In this document: piece after piece, positions 57,460 through 64,000 of the stretch | Layout of the letters: each line of letters begins with the position of its first letter | Position numbering within the stretch: position 1 is the stretch's first letter | Assembly: GCA_030648395.1 (NCBI GenBank) | Contig: JAUSHW010000201.1 | Coordinates: forward strand, 1,046 to 65,045 | DNA length: 64,000 nucleotides | DNA from: Nitrospirales bacterium | Lineage (GTDB): Bacteria; Nitrospirota; Nitrospiria; Nitrospirales; NS-4 | Direction: 5' to 3' | Translations under genes and position numbers: made by a program | The notes under the pieces: model-generated | What the model saw: only the letters and a program-made list of their open reading frames with translations | Database searches by the model: none | What the model was told of the DNA's origin: nothing

Positions 57460-57816
57460 TTAGAGCGCCTTCAGATCGGCGCTGACCGCGTCGTACTGCT
57501 CCGGCTTGAGCTGGCTCCCGAGCGTGACGCCGTGCTTCGCGAGCACCGCCACGACGGCCTCGCGGCCCTTCGCGGCGACGGTGTCCTTGATGAGCTTCCC
57601 CACCGGCGCGTAGGGCGTCTCGGGCGTCTTCGGGGCCTCGGTCTGTGCGGGGGCGGCCTTCGGCTCGTCTTTCTTCTTGCTCTCCCTCTTCGCGGCGGGT
57701 TCCTCCACAGCCTTCGTCGGCAACGACAGCGTCTGGACGATCTCCTGGCCGATCAGCGCGCGCAACTGCGTGCGAACCTCCTCGGCATTTGCTCCTTCAA
57801 CGTGTACGGAAACCAT
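57460..57816 (-). CDS. hypothetical Lys/Ala/Pro-rich protein (118 aa), first gene of the leftward replication operon
   Basis: ORF 57460..57966 trimmed to MVSVHVEGANAEEV. GGAGGG RBS. Confidence 0.55.
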   Translation of the reverse strand: MVSVHVEGANAEEVRTQLRALIGQEIVQTLSLPTKAVEEPAAKRESKKKDEPKAAPAQTEAPKTPETPYAPVGKLIKDTVAAKGREAVVAVLAKHGVTLGSQLKPEQYDAVSADLKAL

Positions 57817-57860
57817 AGGACGGGCCCTCCTGCATAAAAGGTTATTCAACTGTTGGAGGC

Positions 57861-57890
57861 ATCTTAGCATGGCGCGCAGGATTGTGTCAA
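57861..57890 (-). promoter_or_regulatory. sigma70-type promoter TTGACA-N18-TAAGAT (leftward)
   Basis: Reverse complement of tgtcaa (57885..57890) and atctta (57861..57866), about 45 nt upstream of ATG 57816. Confidence 0.5.
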
Positions 57891-57921
57891 GGATTATTTT
57901 CATGATGGGGAGATTTTCGGC

Positions 57922-57950
57922 TTGACTTCCCCCGTCTCCTATGGTAGCAT
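57922..57950 (+). promoter_or_regulatory. sigma70-type promoter TTGACT-N17-TAGCAT (rightward)
   Basis: Upstream of 57961. The same bases read on the minus strand give TGCTACCAT, another copy of the extended -10 family. Confidence 0.45.
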
Positions 57951-57960
57951 CCTGCTCATT

Positions 57961-58155
57961 ATGCACCTCTCCAAACGCAAGATGCTCGGACTGCGGCGGC
58001 TCCGTCGACTCCAGGCCGCTACCGCCATCCTGAGTGCTATGGTTGCTTCGGCGCCAATGTGTGATAGGACTGCTGTAAATAAAGACGCGTGGGCGGGAGT
58101 TGCTTTAGACTTTGCCGACGCCCTTATTATGCGCGTGAAGAAGGAGCCCGCTTGA
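57961..58155 (+). CDS. small protein with signal-peptide-like N-terminus (64 aa)
   Basis: ORF 57922..58155 trimmed to MHLSKRKMLGLRRLRRLQAATAILSAMVASA. Confidence 0.4.
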   Translation: MHLSKRKMLGLRRLRRLQAATAILSAMVASAPMCDRTAVNKDAWAGVALDFADALIMRVKKEPA

Positions 58156-58691
58156 TGATTCGCCCCATCCTCACCGACGGCCATCCACTCTTGCGGAAAG
58201 TCGCACCGCCCGTCAATCTTCTGGAGATCCCCGGGCCGATGATCCAGGGCTTGCTCCGCGACATGATGGAAACCATGCACGCCGCGCACGGCATTGGCCT
58301 CGCGGCGCCGCAGATCGGTTCCCCGCTGCGGCTGGTTGTCATGGGGAACGTAAAGGCCGACGGCGGGGCGCGAGGCTTTCCCGCTCGGGTGCTGATCAAT
58401 CCGGTGCTCCTCTCTCAGACCACGACGATTCTCCAGACCAACCGAGAGGGCTGCCTCTCGGTGCCCGGGTGGTGCGGGGACGTGGCCCGCCCGCTTGGTC
58501 TTGAGGTCCAGTATCTCGATGAGAAGGGGGCCACGCAGCGCGTCAAAATGAATGGCCTCGAGGCGGCCTGCCTGCTGCACGAGGCCGATCACCTCGATGG
58601 GATTCTTTTTATTGATAAGCTCGAGGGGGAGAAGATCGCCCAGCCGCGCCTCGTCGCGCGGCCTGAGTTCGAGAGACCGGAGGGCCAATGA
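58155..58691 (+). CDS. def: peptide deformylase
   Basis: ORF 58089..58691 trimmed to MIRPIL (AAGGAG RBS, TGATG overlap). All three PDF motifs are present: GIGLAAPQIG, EGCLSVPG, HEADHLDG. Confidence 0.9.
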   Translation: MIRPILTDGHPLLRKVAPPVNLLEIPGPMIQGLLRDMMETMHAAHGIGLAAPQIGSPLRLVVMGNVKADGGARGFPARVLINPVLLSQTTTILQTNREGCLSVPGWCGDVARPLGLEVQYLDEKGATQRVKMNGLEAACLLHEADHLDGILFIDKLEGEKIAQPRLVARPEFERPEGQ

Positions 58692-58855
58692 GACATTTTA
58701 AACTGACGCTCCGAAAGGCACTGGATTACATTGAAGAGGCCGTGAACGAGGTCCGCGAGCCACACCAGAAGAGCGCGGAGGAGGTGGATCGCGCCCTGCA
58801 ACGGCTCGACGGATGGATTGCTGGCGTCAGAGATGGCATGCGAGGGCGCGGATGA
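58688..58855 (+). CDS. hypothetical helical mini-protein (55 aa)
   Basis: Hand translation: MRHFKLTLRKALDYIEEAVNEVREPHQKSAEEVDRALQRLDGWIAGVRDGMRGRG. ATGA overlaps at both ends. Confidence 0.5.
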   Translation: MRHFKLTLRKALDYIEEAVNEVREPHQKSAEEVDRALQRLDGWIAGVRDGMRGRG

Positions 58856-59079
58856 GCCGCTCACGGAAACTCACCCTCGGGGCCTACGCCCTGCTCCGGC
58901 GGGGGAATCTGGCCCGCCTCGCACGGGCCCTGGATCTTCCCCCGTCCGTTGTCTCAGCCTGGGCTCATCGGCGCCGGCCGGTCCCGGTGCGGCACTGTCT
59001 CGCGATTGAGCAGCAGACGGCCGGGCTCGTTCGCGCGGAGACGCTCCGGCCGGACGTCTCGTGGCGGAGGACGGCCTGA
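58852..59079 (+). CDS. Cro/YdaS-like HTH DNA-binding protein (75 aa)
   Basis: ORF 58813..59079 trimmed to MSRSRKL. LARALDLPPSVVSAWAHRRRPVPVRHCLAIEQQTAGLVRAETLRPD fits the YdaS/Cro pattern. Confidence 0.65.
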   Translation: MSRSRKLTLGAYALLRRGNLARLARALDLPPSVVSAWAHRRRPVPVRHCLAIEQQTAGLVRAETLRPDVSWRRTA

Positions 59080-59336
59080 TGCCCGAAATAATGAACCCGC
59101 AGGCGTTTGTGGACAAGTGGGGCGAGAACCGCTGGCCTGTAATTAAAACCAAAGAGATGACCGCCGACCTGACCGCCCTGCTCGCCCAGCGCGAGGCGGA
59201 GGTCAGGGAGGCGTGCGCGACGGTGGCGGAGAAGTGCGGCAAGGTTTACTTCAGTGACCCACCACGAATTAATCCTATTGCCGAGTCAATAGCCGCCGCG
59301 ATCCGCAGCCTGACGAGCCGGACGGGAGGGGCGTAA
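59079..59336 (+). CDS. hypothetical protein (85 aa)
   Basis: ORF 59061..59336 trimmed to MPEIMNPQ (TGATG overlap). Confidence 0.5.
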   Translation: MPEIMNPQAFVDKWGENRWPVIKTKEMTADLTALLAQREAEVREACATVAEKCGKVYFSDPPRINPIAESIAAAIRSLTSRTGGA

Positions 59337-59337
59337 G

Positions 59338-59727
59338 GTGATAGAGATTCCTGAAGTTACTCCAGATGTCTATGCCCCTGGAACATGGCAAAGGTATTTG
59401 CATTACACACCCGAACCGGAGTGCAGACCGTATTGGTCTGTGATTGTTTGGTGTAAAGAATGCGGGAACCCAATGAACCTTATTAACCACACGATTGCGG
59501 AAGATGGAGTAGTGACACCCTCCGTAGGACATCCACTCCCTGAAACTTGTGCGTGGCATCCTAATTTGAAATTAGTTGGTTGGAAAGTATTACCAACTCC
59601 CGCCCCTCCAAGTTTATCTACTTGTGAACGCTGTCACAGAACAGCACATTTTATTGGTGGGTGGGGAACATGGTCAGGAGGAAGCGGAATTATTTGCAGT
59701 GAGTGTTTCACTACGAGAGGGGCGTGA
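59338..59727 (+). CDS. Cys/Trp-rich protein in the lower-GC island (129 aa)
   Basis: GTG start after GGGAGGGG. Cys pairs CKECG, CERC and CSEC. Visibly AT-richer codons than its neighbours. Confidence 0.55.
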   Translation: MIEIPEVTPDVYAPGTWQRYLHYTPEPECRPYWSVIVWCKECGNPMNLINHTIAEDGVVTPSVGHPLPETCAWHPNLKLVGWKVLPTPAPPSLSTCERCHRTAHFIGGWGTWSGGSGIICSECFTTRGA

Positions 59728-59879
59728 TGATGAAGTGTAAGGAGTGTGGCAAGCGGGCGTCTATACTGGTGAGTAGGCGTTCTCCGTTTTCTAGGCAATG
59801 GCCGCTATGCCGTAAGGACGCTAACAACGAAACAGTTGTGATGAAATGGACATGGTACGATGGCAAGGAGGCCCCATGA
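59727..59879 (+). CDS. 50-aa CxxC...C mini-protein
   Basis: Hand translation: MMKCKECGKRASILVSRRSPFSRQWPLCRKDANNETVVMKWTWYDGKEAP. TGATG and ATGA overlaps. Confidence 0.4.
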   Translation: MMKCKECGKRASILVSRRSPFSRQWPLCRKDANNETVVMKWTWYDGKEAP

Positions 59880-59986
59880 CGCCGACGCTGACGCGCTTTC
59901 CGTGGTGGGCCTTGGGCGCAGGATTACTCTTTATGGTGGGCCTCGACCGGCTGGCAGGAAAGGTGGTGGGCAGATGGAGAAGCTGA
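59876..59986 (+). CDS. 36-aa single-TM mini-protein
   Basis: Hand translation: MTPTLTRFPWWALGAGLLFMVGLDRLAGKVVGRWRS. ATGA overlap. Confidence 0.35.
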   Translation: MTPTLTRFPWWALGAGLLFMVGLDRLAGKVVGRWRS

Positions 59987-60240
59987 CGCGCTACGTTGGT
60001 ACGCTTCCTAAATGCGGGGGCGTCCATTCAACTCGTACAAGCGATCAGGTGTACGTCCTTTATTCCGACGTGGAGCCGCTGCTGGCCTTTGTCGAGGCGT
60101 GGGATGTGTTTGAAAAATCGTTGACTGATAGAGTGTCAATGCACGAGCAGGGTTTATTGTATGACACCATTCTAGCCGCACGGCGCAGGCTGGAGGAGGC
60201 CGCCCTCCTTGAACGCATCAAGGAATTGGAGAAAGGCTAA
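59974..60240 (+). CDS. hypothetical protein (88 aa)
   Basis: ORF 59860..60240 trimmed to MEKLTRYVG. Confidence 0.5.
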   Translation: MEKLTRYVGTLPKCGGVHSTRTSDQVYVLYSDVEPLLAFVEAWDVFEKSLTDRVSMHEQGLLYDTILAARRRLEEAALLERIKELEKG

Positions 60241-60244
60241 CGAC

Positions 60245-60556
60245 ATGGACGCAGCAGCGACGGCGGCGGTGCGGGCGCGGCTAGAAGATATTGACCAACT
60301 CACGGGCGAGTCCTATGATCTTATTTCTGAAAGTGAGAGGCGAACCAACTATATCAATGCCTGTCGAATTGCAAGAAGCATGGAAGCCGAGCGTAACGCG
60401 CTGGCGCGGCGGGTGACGTGGCTGGAGGAAGGCAAGCAAGCGGCATTGTTTGTAAAGCAACAGCGCGAAAACACATCGGCAGGATCACTTTCAGAAATTG
60501 AAGCGGTGACACATTTACTCGACTGGCTGGCCCGCGAGCCGAAGGAGACGACATGA
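60245..60556 (+). CDS. hypothetical coiled-coil protein (103 aa)
   Basis: ORF 60209..60556 trimmed to MDAAATAAV. GGAGAAAGG RBS. Confidence 0.5.
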   Translation: MDAAATAAVRARLEDIDQLTGESYDLISESERRTNYINACRIARSMEAERNALARRVTWLEEGKQAALFVKQQRENTSAGSLSEIEAVTHLLDWLAREPKETT

Positions 60557-60843
60557 CCCCTAACACGGCGGCGATCCGGGCCGACGCCGACCAGGAGACC
60601 ATTGCGCGGCTGCGGGAGGCACTTAACATTGACAGACTCGTAGATAAATTTCTTGCATGGCCGTTGCCGGAGAGCGTCTGTAGTGATCTCTGCGCCACCA
60701 AGCAAAACTATCCGCACCGCTCAGGTACGAATTTACTGTCTGCTGACGAGGCAAAGAAGATGCTCGAATACTTGTTACGGCAGGCCCTCGGCGGGGAGCT
60801 CTTGACATCCCCCTCCAATCCTGGTATCCTGCCGCCGCAATGA
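60553..60843 (+). CDS. hypothetical protein (96 aa)
   Basis: ORF track. ATGA overlap. Confidence 0.55.
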   Translation: MTPNTAAIRADADQETIARLREALNIDRLVDKFLAWPLPESVCSDLCATKQNYPHRSGTNLLSADEAKKMLEYLLRQALGGELLTSPSNPGILPPQ

Positions 60844-61226
60844 CGCCTGTTACACGCCGCGGGCTGCTGAAGGGACTCCTCGGACTGACCGCCCTGTCGG
60901 CCATCGGGCCGGTACTCCCGGCGGTGTTGCCGGTGGCGGCCGCGGTACCGGCTCTCGCGACGGTCAACGGCGGACTGACGCTTGCGCATCTCAGAAAAAT
61001 TGCGTGCGATCTTCAGGCCAACGCGGCCCCCATGCTGGACGAGGGCTATTTTATCGGGCATTACGAGTCCTTCCGCTTTATCACCGCCAACGAGTTCTAC
61101 GCCCCGCCTCCGCGTGCCGGCGGGCTGCGGTTCACGAAGGACGGCGCCGAGGTGAACCCGCGGGAGTACTTCGGGCCGGATCGCGTGTGGAGATCTACGA
61201 AGGAGCATGCCCTTGACATTCTCTAA
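60840..61226 (+). CDS. Tat-signal protein carrying a major-capsid-protein-like segment (128 aa)
   Basis: N-terminus TRRGLLKGLLGLTALSA...AVPALA is a twin-arginine signal with an AxA site. The following ATVNGGLTLAHLRKIACDLQANAAP matches capsid residues ATVNGGLTLGLLRKITKGLQANHAKP (20700..21779). Confidence 0.6.
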   Translation: MTPVTRRGLLKGLLGLTALSAIGPVLPAVLPVAAAVPALATVNGGLTLAHLRKIACDLQANAAPMLDEGYFIGHYESFRFITANEFYAPPPRAGGLRFTKDGAEVNPREYFGPDRVWRSTKEHALDIL

Positions 61227-61240
61227 ACATGTGGTATACT
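61213..61240 (+). promoter_or_regulatory. strong sigma70-type promoter TTGACA-N16-(TGg)TATACT
   Basis: Overlaps the last codons of 60840..61226. It drives the mini-ORF/terminator unit. Confidence 0.6.
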
Positions 61241-61303
61241 GGATGCTTGCGATCTGGACCCTGGTTTCGGCGCACCGTCTCATCGAACGAAAGGAGGCAC
61301 CCC

Positions 61304-61330
61304 ATGCGTTGCACTCACGAGAGCAACTGA
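61304..61330 (+). CDS. 8-aa leader-type mini-ORF (MRCTHESN)
   Basis: AAAGGAGG RBS 7 nt upstream. Lies between the promoter and the intrinsic terminator. Confidence 0.35.
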   Translation: MRCTHESN

Positions 61331-61371
61331 GCTCCCTTTACAAGTACACTGATACTTCACTAACGGCAACA

Positions 61372-61409
61372 GGGGCCGGCGTTCTCTCGAAGGGCGCCGG
61401 CCTTTTTGT
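61372..61409 (+). terminator. rho-independent terminator
   Basis: GGCCGGCG-13 nt loop-CGCCGGCC followed by TTTTT. Confidence 0.75.
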
Positions 61410-61418
61410 GTGTACGGT

Positions 61419-61616
61419 ATGATACTCCGTCAGGGGTGGCGCCGGCATCGTCTTGGTTACCGCTGGATCTATGTGTTTACCTATTGCCTCAACGGCTTCT
61501 ACGTGAGGCGTACACTCCTGCCGGCTGAGATCCGCGCGGCCAAATTCAATGCCTGGGAGGCCGAGGAGCGGGAGGCCGTCTGTCTTGCTCGGCGGCACTG
61601 TGGGATTCTCTCGTGA
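61419..61616 (+). CDS. hypothetical basic protein (65 aa)
   Basis: ORF 61410..61616 trimmed to MILRQGWRRH. GTGA overlap with the primase start. Confidence 0.45.
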   Translation: MILRQGWRRHRLGYRWIYVFTYCLNGFYVRRTLLPAEIRAAKFNAWEAEEREAVCLARRHCGILS

Positions 61617-63931
61617 GTGACCGCTGGGGAGCCTCCCAAGAAGACTGGACCCACTGGTCGAGGACGCTCGGCCTCACCGAGGACCTGCTCCCGGTCGTCT
61701 GTAATCCCCACGCGCCGCTGCACGCCGCCTCGAAGGTCACCTCCATCGGCAAGCTCCCCTCGCGCTACGTCTCAGGCGGCGCCCTGTGTGGCATCCCGGC
61801 GTGGACGTCACTCCACGCCACCCCGGGGCAGGTCGAGGACTGGGGCCGGGAGCCGGACTATGGGCTCTGCCTCCAGACACGGCGGGTTCGCGCGCTGGAC
61901 GTGGACGTCACCGATCCGGAGCAGGCGGAACAGATTCTCCTCCAGCTCGCGGGTCCTCTTCTCGGCTATCGTCGTACGCGATCGGACTCGAGCAAATTTC
62001 TTCTCCTCTTCAGACTTGACGGAGACTGGGGGAAGCGTACGCTCGAGGTCGAGCACGGCATCATTGAATTCCTCGCCAACGGCCAGCAGTGCGTCGTCGC
62101 CGGTACCCACAAGGACGGCGCGCGCTACGAGTGGACTCCCTCACGGCCGGATTCAATCCCCACGCTGACCGCTGACCAATTCGAGCAGCTCTGGTCGGAC
62201 CTCGTGCTCCTCTTCCTCAAGCCCGGCGGGCAGACGACCGAGGCCCGTGTGCGGCGGGCGCGTGGCGTGCATGATCGTCAGTTACCGACTGACCCCGCGA
62301 CCATCACGATCGGCGATCCGGTCGTGTACTTCCTCGAGCGACGCGGGCTCCTCCTTCCTGACTCGGATGCGGGCCATTGCTATGTCACCTGCCCATGGGC
62401 CTCCGACCATACCGCCGGGGGAGACCCCACGGCCAGTTGCTGGTTCCCTGCGGGGACGGGGTCGTTTGACCAGGGCTGGTATCGGTGCCTTCACGCGCAC
62501 TGCGCCTCGCGCTCACAGATGGACTTCCTCTCGGCGATCGGCTACGCGACGGATGGCTTCGAGGCCCCGGAGGGGGGCCCCTCACGCCTCGGCGGGCCGC
62601 TGGACACGGAGGCTCAGGCCGCGCTGGCGGCCCTGGGGGTGGATCTGGCATCGGACCTGGCGGCCCCGCCGCGGGGCGCCGATCCGGATCCCCTGCCGCC
62701 GTTCGAGCGCGACCTCCAGACCTCCTGGATTCGGTGCGTGGAGCGGAACGTGGTGCTCGCGGTCCGCCGGCCGGATCTCTGCGGCGTGCGGGTGCTCTAC
62801 GATACCTTCACGGACGCGCTCCTGGCCGAGCGCGACGGCGTCCGCCGGCCGTTTCGCGATGAGGACTATACGGCCATCGCGCTGGCGCTCCGGGGGCAGA
62901 TTGGGGGCGTGATGAAGGGCTTCGGGCCGGGGGACATCCCGAAGGAGGCGCTCCGTGCCGCGGTGGCGTTCGTGGGGCGCGAGTCGGCGGTGGACTCGGC
63001 GCAGGAGTGGCTCGCCACGCTCCCGGCGTGGGACGGGGTGCCGCGGGTGGCGGGCTTCTGCACGGACTACCTCGGCTGCCCGGCGTCGGACTATGCCCGG
63101 GCGGTCGGACGGTACTGGTGGACGGCCCAGGCCGGACGGGTGCTCGATCCCGGGTGCCAGGCCGACATGGCCGTCGTGCTGATTGCCGGGCAGGGGACGG
63201 GGAAGACCTCCACGCTGCGGGCCCTCGTCCCCGAGGCGCGGCAGTATGTGGAACTCAATCTGATGGACCGGGACGAGGACCTCTCGCGCCGCATGCGGGG
63301 CGTGCTCGTGGGCGAGATGGCGGAGCTGCGCGGGATCAACAGCCGGGAGATGGAGAGCATTAAGGCCTGGATCAGCCGCCGGGAGGAGAGCTGGGTCCCG
63401 AAGTATAAGGAGTTCGCGACCACGTTCCCCCGGCGCCTGGTCCTCGTGGGGACCTCGAACCAGGAGGAGTTCCTCGCCGACGAGACCGGGAACCGCCGCT
63501 GGCTGCCGATTGTGGTCGGACTGCGGCAGGACGTGGACGCCATCGCGCGGGATCGGGACCAGTTGTGGGCCGAGGGGCGGCTGCTCTTCGAGGTCGGACT
63601 GCTGGACGACGGCATGGGGGTCCTGTGGCGGGACGCGGAGACGCTGGCGAAGCTCGAGCATGAGCAGTTTCGTCTGGTCGATCCCTGGGAGGGGGCGGTT
63701 CGTCAGTGGCTCGCGGAGGGCGGATTGAAGGCGGACCGGCCGGCGGATCGGGAGTGGATCACGGCGGACGACGTCCTCCACGAGGCGATACGTGTTGAAG
63801 ATCGTCAAATCAAGATGGCGGAGTATTTTCGGATTGGTAAAATACTGCATGCGATTGGTTACCAACGCGTGCCAAAACGCATTGACGGCGTCGTTAAGAA
63901 GGTTTGGGTGAAGAAAAGTGGACTTTTGTAA
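61613..63931 (+). CDS. bifunctional primase-polymerase / VirE(D5)-type helicase (772 aa)
   Basis: AEP motifs RALDVDVTD and VVAGTHKDG. Zn-like CPWASDHT...C..HC. Walker A AGQGTGKTS, Walker B LVGEMAEL, and RRWLPIVV typical of VirE/D5_N helicases. Confidence 0.85.
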   Translation: MSDRWGASQEDWTHWSRTLGLTEDLLPVVCNPHAPLHAASKVTSIGKLPSRYVSGGALCGIPAWTSLHATPGQVEDWGREPDYGLCLQTRRVRALDVDVTDPEQAEQILLQLAGPLLGYRRTRSDSSKFLLLFRLDGDWGKRTLEVEHGIIEFLANGQQCVVAGTHKDGARYEWTPSRPDSIPTLTADQFEQLWSDLVLLFLKPGGQTTEARVRRARGVHDRQLPTDPATITIGDPVVYFLERRGLLLPDSDAGHCYVTCPWASDHTAGGDPTASCWFPAGTGSFDQGWYRCLHAHCASRSQMDFLSAIGYATDGFEAPEGGPSRLGGPLDTEAQAALAALGVDLASDLAAPPRGADPDPLPPFERDLQTSWIRCVERNVVLAVRRPDLCGVRVLYDTFTDALLAERDGVRRPFRDEDYTAIALALRGQIGGVMKGFGPGDIPKEALRAAVAFVGRESAVDSAQEWLATLPAWDGVPRVAGFCTDYLGCPASDYARAVGRYWWTAQAGRVLDPGCQADMAVVLIAGQGTGKTSTLRALVPEARQYVELNLMDRDEDLSRRMRGVLVGEMAELRGINSREMESIKAWISRREESWVPKYKEFATTFPRRLVLVGTSNQEEFLADETGNRRWLPIVVGLRQDVDAIARDRDQLWAEGRLLFEVGLLDDGMGVLWRDAETLAKLEHEQFRLVDPWEGAVRQWLAEGGLKADRPADREWITADDVLHEAIRVEDRQIKMAEYFRIGKILHAIGYQRVPKRIDGVVKKVWVKKSGLL

Positions 63932-64000
63932 CCGCTGTAACCGCCAGAATTCAGGTTATGGAAGTAAAAAGGTGACGGTATAGCTATAGGGGCTATATAG

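Noticed and set aside
61207-61422. 71-aa ORF spanning the promoter, mini-ORF and terminator
   Set aside because: Its ATG sits only 1 nt after GGAG, which is poor spacing. It reads straight through a strong promoter and a terminator hairpin, and the region is AT-richer than coding DNA here. It is not fully excluded.

Overview
GC-rich dsDNA tailed-phage genome segment. The structural synteny is podovirus-like (T7/N4 type). I saw no host flank, integrase, rRNA or CRISPR array. Coding density is very high, with many ATGA/GTGA/TAATG start-stop overlaps. There are four transcription blocks. (i) 1-4900, leftward: about 16 tiny coupled 'early' genes, including two tandem AAY-heptad-repeat paralogs. 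They are driven by two identical 118-bp promoter/operator/leader copies and separated by repeated intercistronic cassettes. (ii) 4974-47058, rightward: small terminase, three canonical tRNAs (Met-CAU, Gly-UCC, Thr-CGU), large terminase, a first fibre cluster with a 973-aa Gly-rich fibre, portal, scaffold-like protein, major capsid, adaptor/nozzle-like proteins, a second fibre cluster, a lysis cassette with embedded Rz/Rz1, internal-virion proteins including a GNAT, and a single 3,851-codon multi-domain 'polyvalent' ORF. (iii) 47119-57816, leftward replication block: dNTP-pyrophosphohydrolase-like protein, membrane proteins, SNF2 helicase, VRR-NUC, Lar-like protein, family-B DNA polymerase, metallophosphoesterase, gp2.5-like SSB, DUF2800-type nuclease, and two non-canonical tRNA-like elements in intergenic gaps. 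(iv) 57961-63931, rightward: peptide deformylase, Cro/YdaS-like HTH, a lower-GC island of Cys-rich mini-genes, a Tat-signal protein carrying a capsid-protein fragment, a promoter/7-codon ORF/terminator unit, and a prim-pol/VirE-type primase-helicase. The most unusual items are the giant ORF with recurring F-A-P-R linkers, the tRNA-like elements, the Tat-targeted capsid-fragment paralog, and the modular repeats of the early region. All functional calls come from motif recognition by eye; no searches were run.
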